A program made the position numbers and the translations under genes. A stretch of DNA of 51,830 nucleotides from Candidatus Bathyarchaeota archaeon (GTDB lineage: Archaea > Thermoproteota > Bathyarchaeia > Bathyarchaeales > DTEX01), in assembly GCA_018396975.1 (NCBI GenBank), contig JAGTQA010000015.1, forward strand, positions 1 to 51,830, written 5' to 3'. Under the pieces are notes generated by a model. It saw nothing but the letters and a program-made list of their open reading frames with translations. It did no database searches and was not told the origin of the DNA. This document shows, in pieces, positions 9,223 through 19,254 of the stretch. Within the stretch, counting starts at the first letter, position 1. Each line of letters opens with the position of its first letter.

Positions 9223-9408
9223 TTACTCGCCCCAGTCCTCACCCTCTATCTCGGCTGGTTTAAGGCTCACTAAACCCTTCTCATCAAACCTAACTTCTAG
9301 GTCTAGGCCGCAGTCTGGGCAGCTGACAATCTCGCCTGAAATCGCATCCTCTGGAATACTTATCTCGGCATCACATTCGGGACATTTTGCCTTGAAGGCT
9401 CCCGCCCC
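9223..9408 (-). CDS. lysW: LysW amino-group carrier protein (open frame lacks a canonical start codon)
   Basis: Not in the ORF track. The minus-strand frame reads GAGAFKAKCPECDAEISIPEDAISGEIVSCPDCGLDLEVRFDEKGLVSLKPAEIEGEDWGE-stop. This is a Zn ribbon plus the EDWGE C-terminus diagnostic of LysW. The frame is closed by TAG at 9409..9411 and has no ATG/GTG/TTG. Confidence 0.75.
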   Translation of the reverse strand, partial: GAGAFKAKCPECDAEISIPEDAISGEIVSCPDCGLDLEVRFDEKGLVSLKPAEIEGEDWGE

Positions 9409-9433
9409 CTATCACGCTCTAATAGGAGAATAA

Positions 9434-9555
9434 CATTTTCTTTATAAATATTTCGGATTCCTCAAAGAATCTTTAAGATATTCGCCATAATATATTTTTT
9501 CCTAAAATAATTTATATACCCAATTAAGGAATTTTTATTCTTGGGAAGAGATAGA
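9434..9555. promoter_or_regulatory. divergent lysW / lrp promoter region
   Basis: AT-rich region with the TATA-like TTTATAAATA (9441..9450) about 30 nt from the lysW frame. AATTTATATA (about 9509..9518) lies about 40 nt upstream of the lrp ATG. Contains the inverted repeat GATTC-N6-GAATC at 9456..9471. Confidence 0.5.
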
Positions 9556-10008
9556 ATGAAGACCGAGATTGATGAGATTGATAGGGAAATTTTGAGGATG
9601 CTTCAGGAAGACGCCCGCGTGTCATTTAGAAAGATATCTGAGAGACTAAATTTAAGTGAGGCAACAGTATTCGTCAGGGTTAAGAAGCTCATTAAGAAGG
9701 GTGTTATTAAGGGGTTCACAACGATAGTCTCGCCTGAAGCCCTCGGCAAGAGGATAACCGCCTTCGTCCTAATAAATACTGACCCAAAGAAGCTCCAGAG
9801 CGTCCTTGAAACCATAAGTAGAATGGACGACGTATACGAAGTTTACGATGTTACTGGCTCATATTATGCTATAGTGAAGGTTCGGGCCGAGGACCAGAAT
9901 CGGCTGGCCAAGATAATTGATGAGATAGGTATGATTGATGGGGTTATAAGAACCGAGACCGCGCTGGTTCTTAGGAGCATAAAAGAGGATATTCGAATAA
10001 AGGTTTAA
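9556..10008 (+). CDS. Lrp/AsnC-family transcriptional regulator (LysM-like by position)
   Basis: MKTEIDEIDREILRMLQEDARVSFRKISERLNLSEATVFVRVKKL HTH plus a C-terminal RAM domain. Divergent from the lysW operon. Confidence 0.85.
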   Translation: MKTEIDEIDREILRMLQEDARVSFRKISERLNLSEATVFVRVKKLIKKGVIKGFTTIVSPEALGKRITAFVLINTDPKKLQSVLETISRMDDVYEVYDVTGSYYAIVKVRAEDQNRLAKIIDEIGMIDGVIRTETALVLRSIKEDIRIKV

Positions 10009-10076
10009 ATTTCAACTAGCTTGAAAACTACGAATGACTAAAGAGTAGATAGGGTTAGATATTTCCCTAGAACATT

Positions 10077-10688
10077 TTGAGTTATATATGGGGTGGTGGC
10101 ATAATCAGGCGAATAATAATTATTACTGGGACTCCTGGCGTAGGAAAGTCCTCGGTCTCAAAGGCTCTCGCCTCCAAAATAAATGCACACATCATATCTA
10201 TAGGCAACCTCGTTAAAGAGGAGAAACTTTATAGTGGTGTAGATAGGGAGAGGGATACATTAATCGCTGATACAGAGAGGGTCTCGAGGAGGGTTAAAGA
10301 GATAATCTCTAAAGTTCAGGGGGACGTTATAGTTGAGGGGCATTTTGCTGTCGATGTTGTCCCACCAAAATGGGTCAGCGTGGCCTTTGTTTTGAGGAGG
10401 GATCCGGAGGAGCTTAGGAGGATCCTTGAGGGCCGCTCCTATAGCGAGAGAAAAATTATGGAGAATCTTGCAGCTGAGATCCTAGATGTCTGCCTTTATG
10501 AGGCTATAAAGAGGTGCGGTGTGAAGAAGGTTTGCGAGATAGATGTAACCTCGAAGAGTGTGGAGGATGTTGTTGGGGAGATCCTAGATGTTCTTAATGG
10601 TGTGAGGGAATGTAGGGTTGGGATTGTAGATTGGCTTGGAAAACTTGAGGCTGAAGGAAAGCTTGATGAGTACTTAAAGGATTTTTAG
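10077..10688 (+). CDS. Fap7/AK6-type putative adenylate kinase (ribosome biogenesis NTPase)
   Basis: IIIITGTPGVGKSS P-loop and NLAAEILDVCLYEAI typical of archaeal Fap7-like kinases. TTG start. Confidence 0.75.
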   Translation: MSYIWGGGIIRRIIIITGTPGVGKSSVSKALASKINAHIISIGNLVKEEKLYSGVDRERDTLIADTERVSRRVKEIISKVQGDVIVEGHFAVDVVPPKWVSVAFVLRRDPEELRRILEGRSYSERKIMENLAAEILDVCLYEAIKRCGVKKVCEIDVTSKSVEDVVGEILDVLNGVRECRVGIVDWLGKLEAEGKLDEYLKDF

Positions 10689-11077
10689 AAGGCTTTTATT
10701 CCCTTTAAGATGTCTGTTCTTGCGAGTAGCCTTATTCCCCTACGGCTCGCATATGCTTTGGCGTGCTCACTAAACTTTTCAGCTATTAGGATTGGGCTAG
10801 TAAATCCCGCACTCTGGGCGACCTTATCTATATTTATGACTACATTTACGCCAATGGTTCTATTCCAGTCCTTGATCCAAACCGGATATACTTCGCTTCC
10901 CCTCCGAACTATCAGATCGCATCTCTTTGTTGATGGCATATCGCTCCGATTCGGATTCTTATCTATCGTGTAGCCTCTTCTAGTAAAGTATTGTATTGCG
11001 AGCTTCATCAGCGGCTGCCGATTCATCCCTTCCACAGTAGAGAGATTAACGTGGATAGAGAAAAATCTTTTCATCAA
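10685..11077 (-). CDS. Mrr_cat-like PD-(D/E)xK nuclease-fold protein
   Basis: The pattern RRGYTI ... CDLIV ... VWIKDW ... ILIAEKFSEHAKAYA ... IRLL resembles the restriction-endonuclease (Mrr catalytic) domain. Confidence 0.45.
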   Translation of the reverse strand: MMKRFFSIHVNLSTVEGMNRQPLMKLAIQYFTRRGYTIDKNPNRSDMPSTKRCDLIVRRGSEVYPVWIKDWNRTIGVNVVINIDKVAQSAGFTSPILIAEKFSEHAKAYASRRGIRLLARTDILKGIKAF

Positions 11078-12138
11078 CCTGATGTTTCTTTTTGATTTCG
11101 GCTAAGCAGATTTTTTACACCTATCCATTGAGCTATTGCGTAGCCTACTAGGATCTGAAGCCAGAAGGTTATGATCCTAATAAGTAGTGTCGCGGTTCCG
11201 CTTAGGGCGATTGGGATCTTAAATAGCGTGTATAGGCTCGTCATAACTATCTCGACGAGACCTAGGGGGAGAGCTACCGGGATCGTTTGAACAGCTACGC
11301 TAATCGAATAGACTATGATGGTCTCATTTATTTTTTGGAGGATCTCACCGAAGCCTAGCGCATAAAATACTAGGAGATATATGCTCATATGTAAGAGCCA
11401 AGCAATGAAGTTGTAGGCTGCGGATCTTGTCAGTGCCCCCCAACTCCTACTGAAAATCTTAAATCCATCGTAGAAGTGCGCTAAATTCCGCTGCACTTTA
11501 TCCCTAAGATCTAATGGGTTTATCCGGCCCCTAAATATGAAGGCTATAGCCTTTATGGGCAAGCCGAGCAATCTCTCAACCGCCCCCTCCTTAAGGGACA
11601 AGTAGATTAGAGAGGCTATTAGAAAGATGGAGCCTAATAGGACGGCTAGTAAAAGGCTTAGGGCTTCGGTGCTAACCTTATATTTTAGGATTATTAGGGC
11701 TGAGGCAAATATTAGGCTGCCCAATGTTATAGACGTCGTTATTATTCGATGGGCAACGACTGATGCAATAATTTTTCCAGAGGAGACTCTGGTCTCCCTA
11801 TGGACAAGGTATATTCTCGTGATCTCCCCGGAAACGCTCTCCAATGGGATGACTAGGTCCACAAATATTCCAACCCAGGAATAAAAGAGCGCATTCCTTA
11901 CGCTAAGGTTTATTGAGAGAGCCTTCATGAGTTCCCTCCAGCTCATCGAGTAAAAGAGCATGCTCAGTATCATGGCCATGATTGTTATGGAATAATAGAG
12001 GAGATATTCGCGTGGATCAACACTTTTAAATACTCCAATTATCTCCTCAAAACCCACAAAAAAGTGTAGGTATAAGATGAAGATTATTAATCCGGCTGCT
12101 AAGGATACTATTAATTTAATCGGCGAAGACTTTTTCAT
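11074..12138 (-). CDS. UPF0104 / flippase-like (LPG synthase TM-type) membrane protein
   Basis: About 8 predicted TM helices with family-like N-terminal organisation. It overlaps the downstream nuclease-fold gene by 4 nt. Confidence 0.5.
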   Translation of the reverse strand: MKKSSPIKLIVSLAAGLIIFILYLHFFVGFEEIIGVFKSVDPREYLLYYSITIMAMILSMLFYSMSWRELMKALSINLSVRNALFYSWVGIFVDLVIPLESVSGEITRIYLVHRETRVSSGKIIASVVAHRIITTSITLGSLIFASALIILKYKVSTEALSLLLAVLLGSIFLIASLIYLSLKEGAVERLLGLPIKAIAFIFRGRINPLDLRDKVQRNLAHFYDGFKIFSRSWGALTRSAAYNFIAWLLHMSIYLLVFYALGFGEILQKINETIIVYSISVAVQTIPVALPLGLVEIVMTSLYTLFKIPIALSGTATLLIRIITFWLQILVGYAIAQWIGVKNLLSRNQKETSG

Positions 12139-12252
12139 CTCAATCTACTAAATTTTTAGGTCTTCAACAATATAAAATTGGCTTATCGTCCCCGTATCTC
12201 GCTATCTTTTTAAACTTCTGACTATTTTATTGAGGATTTAAGGGGTTGATCT

Positions 12253-12954
12253 TTGGGCGTAAAGGCCGTTATATTTGATCTAGACGACACCCTAGTTTAT
12301 TCGGGAATAGACTATAAGGGGATGAAGAGATCACTTATTAACTTTCTGGTCGAGGCTGGCGTTGACCCAGATCTATTAAGTGAGGAGATGCCCAATATTG
12401 AAATTTTTAGGGTTGCCCTAGAGCATCTAAGGGATAGGGGTCTCTCTGAGGATAAGATAAAGCGCATTTTTGGGGAGGCTAATGCAATACTGGATAGGGC
12501 TGAGATGGAATCCTTGGGCAGAGCCAGATTAATGGATGGCGCCCTAGAGATTCTAAAGTCCCTAAAGAGGTTGGAATTGAAGATCGGTATTGTAACTAAT
12601 GGGTGTAGAAGATACGCAGCAGAAATAATTAAGGTGTCCTCCCTAGATGATTATATTGATGCGCTTATCGCTAGAGATGATGTGCCAAGTCCAAAGCCGA
12701 GTCCAGACCACCTCTTAAAGGCTCTAGAGGTTTTGGGCGTCTCCGCTGAGGAGGCAATCTTCGTTGGCGATCACTGGATAGATGCATTATGCGCCAAAAA
12801 TGCTGGGATAAAATTCATTCTATTTAATAATAGAGGGGGATGTTGGGAGGAGATTAGAGGCAGAGACATGGCAATAGCAACCATCAGCGATTTGAGGGAT
12901 ATAACCAACTTTCTTCCTTCCGGGAGGGAAATGCTAGAACGAAACAATTATTAG
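12253..12954 (+). CDS. HAD-superfamily hydrolase
   Basis: Motif I VIFDLDDTLV, motif II VTNG, motif IV GDHWIDA. Confidence 0.8.
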   Translation: MGVKAVIFDLDDTLVYSGIDYKGMKRSLINFLVEAGVDPDLLSEEMPNIEIFRVALEHLRDRGLSEDKIKRIFGEANAILDRAEMESLGRARLMDGALEILKSLKRLELKIGIVTNGCRRYAAEIIKVSSLDDYIDALIARDDVPSPKPSPDHLLKALEVLGVSAEEAIFVGDHWIDALCAKNAGIKFILFNNRGGCWEEIRGRDMAIATISDLRDITNFLPSGREMLERNNY

Positions 12955-13025
12955 CATCAGAAGATCTTATCAGACCTATACTAGGGCGCATGTCCGCTAA
13001 TGACTGTTAAGAAGGCGGTAATATA

Positions 13026-14018
13026 ATGGAGTATGCCGTTGAGACCTTCGATTTAACTAAGGTGTTTGAGAGTAAGGAGGGAGGCGTTAAGCGGATTATT
13101 AAGGCAGTTGACCATGTGAACATTAAGGTTAGACGGGGCGAGTTCTTCGGGCTCCTTGGGCCTAATGGGGCTGGAAAGACCACGCTCATAAAGATGCTCT
13201 GCACCATAATACTTCCAACCAAGGGAACAGCTAAGGTAAACGGCTATGATATAATTAGGGAGCCCATGAAAGTTAGGAGCTGCCTAGGCTGGTTTCATGG
13301 GGAGACAGGTGGGCGATCACTTTATTGGAGACTTAGCGCCGAGGACAACCTAAGATTCTACGCCTATTTACAGAATGTTCCTAAGGATATCGCCGAGAGA
13401 AGGATTGAGGCCCTACTAGAGTTCTTTGGACTAACTAAGGATAAGAAGAAGCTTGTTAAGGACTATTCGACCGGCATGAAGGTTAGGGTTATGCTGGCTA
13501 GGGCCCTACTACACAACCCACCGATCCTATTTATGGATGAACCGACAATAGGGCTTGACACAATAAGCGCTGTTGAGACCAGAAGGCTTCTAAAGGCATT
13601 AAATACGGAGCTTGGGAAGACAATAATATTCACGAGTCACAACATGTTTGAGGTTGAGCAGTTATGCGAGAGAATAGTGATGATGAAGGATGGGCGCGTA
13701 ATAGCCGATGCCCCACCATCCGTTTTAAGGGAGATGCTTAGGGATGTGCGCGCCGTTGAGGTGGAGATAAGAGAGAATGGTGATCTATCAAGGGCAATTC
13801 AAGCCTTATCAAGCCTATCAATTGTTAGGAGGGTTGTGGAGGTAAAAAGTGAGTCGCTAAGTGCCATAGTGCGCCTTCAGGTTGATGATGAATATGAGGC
13901 CATACCAGCAATAGCTGGCAGATTACATAATCTGGGAATTAAGGTTTCGGCGATACGGAGGTCGGAGCCAACACTTGAAGACATATTCGTGAAGCTGACG
14001 AGGGAGGAGTCTGCTTGA
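13026..14018 (+). CDS. ABC transporter ATP-binding protein (ABC-2/DrrA type)
   Basis: Walker A GPNGAGKTT, signature YSTGMKVR, Walker B ILFMDEP. Confidence 0.9.
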   Translation: MEYAVETFDLTKVFESKEGGVKRIIKAVDHVNIKVRRGEFFGLLGPNGAGKTTLIKMLCTIILPTKGTAKVNGYDIIREPMKVRSCLGWFHGETGGRSLYWRLSAEDNLRFYAYLQNVPKDIAERRIEALLEFFGLTKDKKKLVKDYSTGMKVRVMLARALLHNPPILFMDEPTIGLDTISAVETRRLLKALNTELGKTIIFTSHNMFEVEQLCERIVMMKDGRVIADAPPSVLREMLRDVRAVEVEIRENGDLSRAIQALSSLSIVRRVVEVKSESLSAIVRLQVDDEYEAIPAIAGRLHNLGIKVSAIRRSEPTLEDIFVKLTREESA

Positions 14019-14896
14019 GGGTTGAGGACTTAATTAACCTTTTTAGGGAGGATAGACCCCGAACGTCATCTGACATTAGACATGTCTGGGCGGTCTTCTG
14101 GGCGAACTTCAAAATATTCCTATCCTACAGGACTTGGGTTATAATGGAGACTATAAGCACCGTTGCCTCAGTCGCCATGTACTCCTTCATGGGTTTACAG
14201 GTTGATGCTAGGAGGGTTGCCTTAGCCGGGTATGGTGATGTTGGCTGGCTGCCCTTCGCCCTAGTTGGGGTTGCCACGGCAAATTATTTGTGGATGTGTA
14301 TCAGTAGGCTGAGCCACTCACTGCAGCATGAAATACGTGAGGGAACCTTAGAATCCATAATTACATCATTAATAAAGATGAGGTCTTACATTATTGGGCA
14401 GTCAATTAGGGGTTTTCTGGTAAGCGGATATTTCATGCTGGGAGTCTTCGTCGTTGGAGTTGGGATTTTAAGGGTTCCATTAATAATTAACCTAGAAACA
14501 ATCTTATCATTCATAGCCATAATCCTACTGATGGTTCTGAGCTACGCCGGGATAAGCATAATGGCCGCCGGCCTAATCCTCGTATATAAGAAGGGTGATC
14601 CGCTCACCTTCCTATTCGCCAGCATAACCGAGTTCCTCGGCGGGGTCCTCTTCCCACTAAAGTATCTCGAAAGCTTCCCAGTCCTCTATACGCTGGCCTG
14701 GCTTATGCCATACACCTACGCGCTGGATGCAGCCCGCAGAATTCTCCTTAATGGCGCGACAATATTCTCCCACAGCGTTCTCATGGATGTAATCGTCTTA
14801 CTCGCCTATGCCGCCGTGTTCATTCCGATTGGATTGAGAGTTTTCAGGTGGGGTATTAACCGCATAAGGTATGAGGGGACGGTTGCAACATATTAG
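14015..14896 (+). CDS. ABC-2 type transporter permease
   Basis: 6-TM hydrophobic protein that overlaps the ATPase gene by 4 nt. Confidence 0.75.
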   Translation: MRVEDLINLFREDRPRTSSDIRHVWAVFWANFKIFLSYRTWVIMETISTVASVAMYSFMGLQVDARRVALAGYGDVGWLPFALVGVATANYLWMCISRLSHSLQHEIREGTLESIITSLIKMRSYIIGQSIRGFLVSGYFMLGVFVVGVGILRVPLIINLETILSFIAIILLMVLSYAGISIMAAGLILVYKKGDPLTFLFASITEFLGGVLFPLKYLESFPVLYTLAWLMPYTYALDAARRILLNGATIFSHSVLMDVIVLLAYAAVFIPIGLRVFRWGINRIRYEGTVATY

Positions 14897-14909
14897 GAGG
14901 GAGGTAAGT

Positions 14910-15785
14910 ATGGATATTGAGCGGCTAATTGAAATAATCTCTGAGGATATTCCTCGAAGGAAGACACCGATTTACCGCATCGTTCTCTCCTTCATCACTA
15001 GGGACTTTAAGGTTTGGTGGACCTATAAATTCTGGCTTCTACTTGACATCTCGGGAATAATACTCTTTGTGATCACATACTATCTCTTCTCACTAATCAC
15101 AACCGCCCAGCAGATTTATGAGGCAGGCTACATGACTGGCGGATACTTTACCTTTGCCCTTATAGGCATAGCTTTCCAACAGTATGTCCACTTCGCCGTC
15201 CAGAGTATTAATGAGAGCATACGTGAGGAGCAGTGGAATGGAACGATGGAAACCATACTCTCGGCGGCAATAGACTTTAAAATATTCCTTCTGGGGGAAG
15301 TCTGCTTCTCATTCATAGTCTCCTCAGCCCTACTCCTTATGTCGCTACTTGTAGGGATAATTTTAGGCGCGGAATTCTATGCAACACCCTCATCAATCCT
15401 CACGGCGGTGATACTGACAATACTCTTAATCGCAAGCCACATGGATATTGGCATATTAAGCGCTGGTGTAATAATGAAGGTTAAGCAGGGCAGTCCAGTT
15501 ACATGGGCATTCTCATGGCTGAGCCAGCTGGTTTCAGGAGTCTTTTATCCACTCAAACTATTGCCATGGTATCTTGAGTGGGTTGGAAGAGCTTTCCCAC
15601 TAACATACTCCCTAGACGGAATAAGATTGTGCCTGCAATCGGGAAAAGATTTGACGCATCCAACGATAATCTCCAACATTATAAGCCTAATAATCTTCAT
15701 ATTCATCGCAACACCAATAGCCCTATACATCTTTAAAGTCGGCTATGACGCCGCTAGAAGAGACGGGTCCCTAGGACAATATTAA
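14910..15785 (+). CDS. ABC-2 type transporter permease (second subunit)
   Basis: Multi-TM paralog of the previous gene. The internal ATG at 14910 is preceded by GGAGGGAGGT. Confidence 0.7.
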   Translation: MDIERLIEIISEDIPRRKTPIYRIVLSFITRDFKVWWTYKFWLLLDISGIILFVITYYLFSLITTAQQIYEAGYMTGGYFTFALIGIAFQQYVHFAVQSINESIREEQWNGTMETILSAAIDFKIFLLGEVCFSFIVSSALLLMSLLVGIILGAEFYATPSSILTAVILTILLIASHMDIGILSAGVIMKVKQGSPVTWAFSWLSQLVSGVFYPLKLLPWYLEWVGRAFPLTYSLDGIRLCLQSGKDLTHPTIISNIISLIIFIFIATPIALYIFKVGYDAARRDGSLGQY

Positions 15786-15870
15786 AGAAAAATTGCTCCT
15801 CCAAGTAATCACTAAGAGAGTAAAAATACTAAGTCTAAATTCTTATTATTTTGATTTCATTATTTTGTTA

Positions 15871-16725
15871 ATGGGGAGAGAGGCTTCTAGGTTGGAAAGC
15901 CCTGAATATCTCCTCTGCCCATTCTGCAGTGCACCATATAGAGAGTTTATTCCACCTGGAACAGTTCAAGTTAAATGCCCCTATTGTGGATCAACAATCC
16001 TAGTTCCACCAAAATTTGGTGGTCCAGTCCAGCGATGCCCAAACCATTCGGAATCACTGGCCATAGGGCTCTGTAGCAAATGTTATGGAAGCTTCTGCGG
16101 TGACTGCTTATTCCTAATAACAAGTGTGAAGATGGTGGGGAAAAGTGTGATAATTGATAGACTTTTCCTTTGCGCTAAATGTAGGGATGGAGCCAAGGAT
16201 GGGGAGAAAGGCACGCTCATAGCTAACACTATTTGGCTCCTCATATTTTCATCCCTAATCCTATATGCTTTCTCTTGGCAATATGGCGGATGGCTCCTCA
16301 ATATAATACTAGTCCTTTTGCCACTATTCATCGCTCTAGCATATTGGAGACTCAAGGCTATTGATGAAAGGTATAAGATGGCTCCCTCCCTTCGCAAGTT
16401 TAGGGAAGTAAGTCTAAAATTAAATGATAAGATAGAGAGTTTAAAGGCTACTTTAACCGCCGAGGAACTCTACCATAAAATTATTGGGGGGAAATGGACA
16501 CGTTTAGAGGTCGGTTACAAACCTTTTGTTGAAAAGCGTCTGGAGGAGTACATGAAATCTGGTCTTGACAGGAAAGAAGCTCTCTTAAAAATAATGAGTG
16601 AGGATGGGTTGGAAATAGCTCCTGGACTACACATTCCACTGAGATTAGATGATATCTTACATGAAATTGAAAGGGAATTCAAACTTGAACGCCGGAAACA
16701 AAAGTTTTTTGCCAAATCCTCTTAA
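15871..16725 (+). CDS. zinc-ribbon / B-box-like membrane protein
   Basis: CPFC..CPYC ribbon followed by CPNH..CSKC..CGDC..CAKC (B-box-like), then 2 to 3 TM helices and a helical tail. Start taken at the internal Met. Confidence 0.5.
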   Translation: MGREASRLESPEYLLCPFCSAPYREFIPPGTVQVKCPYCGSTILVPPKFGGPVQRCPNHSESLAIGLCSKCYGSFCGDCLFLITSVKMVGKSVIIDRLFLCAKCRDGAKDGEKGTLIANTIWLLIFSSLILYAFSWQYGGWLLNIILVLLPLFIALAYWRLKAIDERYKMAPSLRKFREVSLKLNDKIESLKATLTAEELYHKIIGGKWTRLEVGYKPFVEKRLEEYMKSGLDRKEALLKIMSEDGLEIAPGLHIPLRLDDILHEIEREFKLERRKQKFFAKSS

Positions 16726-16773
16726 TAGCCCTATCTTAATTAAATGTTTTTAGAATTTAGTTTTGGTGTCGGT

Positions 16774-18495
16774 ATGGAGTCTCTTATAAACTCATGCTTG
16801 GGTTTAACTCCTCTGGACTTGCTGATTTCAGGCAGGATAGTTGATGTTTATGGTGGAAGTATTTTTGATGGCTATGTTGGTGTTAGGGGCGGCTTAATAG
16901 TGTATGTTGGAGTTAAGCCTAAACCCTCTAGGGAGTCTTTAATTTTACCCTCAAGCTATGTTCTGCCAGCATACATTGATGGGCACATTCATATTGAGAG
17001 TTCGCTCATGACGCCCAGCTCCTTCGCTAGAGCCGTTATTCCGCATGGAACATGCTGTGTTGTGGCGGATCCACACGAGATTGCAAACGTTTTAGGCCTA
17101 GATGGAATAAAATTTATGATTGAGGACGCTAGGAGAACCCCGCTTAAATTCTACTTTATGATCCCCTCGTGTGTCCCATCAACAAATCTTGAGACGTCTG
17201 GAGCTGAGATAGGCTTAAGGGAGATAGAGGCGCTCAAGGGCTTTAAAAATATTCTAGGTTTAGGTGAGGTCATGAACTATAAGGGTGTGGTGATGGGTGA
17301 CAAACAAATTCTAGATAAGATAGGGGCTTGCAGGGGGATGATTATTGACGGGCACGCTCCGGGCTTAAGGGATGAAGAATTATGCGCGTATATCTTAGCC
17401 GGGATAGGCTCAGATCACGAGGTAATAAGCCTAGAAGAGGCAAGGGAGAAAATAACTCTTGGAATGTGGATTATGATACGTGAGGGCTCAACAACTAAGG
17501 CCATTTCAAATCTCATTAGGGTTGTTTCTAGAGGTTGTCCTGAGAGGGCTATGCTCGTAACCGATGATAAGCATGCTGGCGACATAATCCGTGAGGGCCA
17601 CATAGACCACTGCTTAAGGAGGGCTGTTGAGGAAGGACTAGACCCAATAGACGCCATTAGAATGGTCACTATTAAGCCGGCGGAATACTTTAGACTATCA
17701 AATTTAGGGGGTCTATCACCTGGAAAGGCAGCGGACATAGTTATCGTGGATGACTTAAGGAGTTTTAGGGCTAAGATTGTTCTAATAGATGGTAGGATTG
17801 TGGCTAAGGACGGAAAGTATCTGGGCGATGAGACTGGGAGACCGTCAAAGATCACCCTAGGATCAGTTAATTTTAAACCCTTACATCTAGAGGATCTGCG
17901 CATAAAACATCCGAGCATAAATGATGGCAGGGCAACTGTTAGGGTTATTGGCTTAATTAAAGATCAGATTATCACTGAAGAGATTCGGTGCGAGATGAGT
18001 GTTATTAATGGTGAGGTTAATCCCGATCCAGATAGGGACATACTTAAGATATGTGTTATTGAGAGACATAAGACATCGGGTAGGATTGGAAAGGGTTTCG
18101 TGAAGGGTTTCGGCCTCAAGAGTGGTGCGATAGCCTCAACAGTTGCCCACGACTCACATAACATTATTGCTGTGGGCGCCAGCGATCTAAGCATGTATAG
18201 GGCCATTATGAGGATTAAGGAGATAAATGGGGGATTCGTCATAGTTGATGGTGGAAGGGTTATTGGGGAGCTTCCTCTTCCAGTGGCCGGTTTAATGACC
18301 ACATTAGATGCTGAGGATATAGCGAGAAGAATGGAGAGGCTTGAGGAGGAGACTTCTAGGCTCGGATGCAAAATTAGGAATCCCTTTATGGCTCTCTCGT
18401 TTCTCTCGCTGCCAGTCGTTCCAAAGCTTAAGATTACCGATTACGGGCTCATTGACGCTGAGAGACTTGAGATTGTCAGCCCATTTATTGATTGA
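16774..18495 (+). CDS. ade: adenine deaminase
   Basis: Amidohydrolase motif YIDGHIHIESS, ~570 aa length and C-terminal domain typical of Ade. Start at the internal Met of ORF 16744..18495. Confidence 0.85.
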   Translation: MESLINSCLGLTPLDLLISGRIVDVYGGSIFDGYVGVRGGLIVYVGVKPKPSRESLILPSSYVLPAYIDGHIHIESSLMTPSSFARAVIPHGTCCVVADPHEIANVLGLDGIKFMIEDARRTPLKFYFMIPSCVPSTNLETSGAEIGLREIEALKGFKNILGLGEVMNYKGVVMGDKQILDKIGACRGMIIDGHAPGLRDEELCAYILAGIGSDHEVISLEEAREKITLGMWIMIREGSTTKAISNLIRVVSRGCPERAMLVTDDKHAGDIIREGHIDHCLRRAVEEGLDPIDAIRMVTIKPAEYFRLSNLGGLSPGKAADIVIVDDLRSFRAKIVLIDGRIVAKDGKYLGDETGRPSKITLGSVNFKPLHLEDLRIKHPSINDGRATVRVIGLIKDQIITEEIRCEMSVINGEVNPDPDRDILKICVIERHKTSGRIGKGFVKGFGLKSGAIASTVAHDSHNIIAVGASDLSMYRAIMRIKEINGGFVIVDGGRVIGELPLPVAGLMTTLDAEDIARRMERLEEETSRLGCKIRNPFMALSFLSLPVVPKLKITDYGLIDAERLEIVSPFID

Positions 18496-18534
18496 AAAGG
18501 CATAAATCCATGTTTAAAGATCATATTTTTCGGG

Positions 18535-19251
18535 GTGGCGGTTTTGACGAGAGCCCTATATCTGGAGGATAGTTATCTTAGGGAGTGCGATGCAACCGTA
18601 GTTAAGGTTACTGATGGTAGGTACATAGTTCTAGATCAGACAATATTTTATCCCAAGGGTGGTGGACAGCCTTGGGATACTGGGAAGATAATACGTGGGA
18701 ATGAAGTCTTTAATGTGGTTTATGTTGGGAAGTTCGGAGATGAGATATCTCATGAGGTTGATAGGGAGGGGTTGAGGGAGGGCGATAAAGTCCACTGCAT
18801 CCTGAACTGGGAGAGACGTTACAAATTTATGCGCAGTCACACGGCTGCACATGTCTTTGCATCGTTAATATGTAATGAGACCGGCGCTCTAGTAACTGGT
18901 AACCAGATAGAGGAGGATAAGGTTAGATTCGACTTCAGTCTGGAGCGCATGGATAGGGATCTGGTAATGAAGTATATAGAGAAGGCCAACGAGCTCTTCA
19001 AGAAGGATATTCCAGTAATATGGTATGAACTTCCTAGGGAGGAAGCCCTAAAGATACCCGGCATAGTTAAGATGGCAGAGGCCTTCCCACCCGACATACC
19101 GAAGCTACGCATAGTTGAGATTGTGGGCGTTGATAAGCAGGCTGATGGTGGGACACACGTTAGGAATCTTAGGGAGGTTGGGCAGATAAGGCTCCTTAAG
19201 GTTGAGAGTAAGGGTAGGCTTAATAAGCGCGTCTACTTCGCGCTTGAGTAG
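18535..19251 (+). CDS. alaX: alanyl-tRNA editing protein AlaX (AlaX-M type)
   Basis: HTAAHV ... and the C-terminal QADGGTHV Zn-binding editing-domain motifs; 238 aa; GTG start. Confidence 0.85.
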   Translation: MAVLTRALYLEDSYLRECDATVVKVTDGRYIVLDQTIFYPKGGGQPWDTGKIIRGNEVFNVVYVGKFGDEISHEVDREGLREGDKVHCILNWERRYKFMRSHTAAHVFASLICNETGALVTGNQIEEDKVRFDFSLERMDRDLVMKYIEKANELFKKDIPVIWYELPREEALKIPGIVKMAEAFPPDIPKLRIVEIVGVDKQADGGTHVRNLREVGQIRLLKVESKGRLNKRVYFALE

Positions 19252-19254
19252 TCG

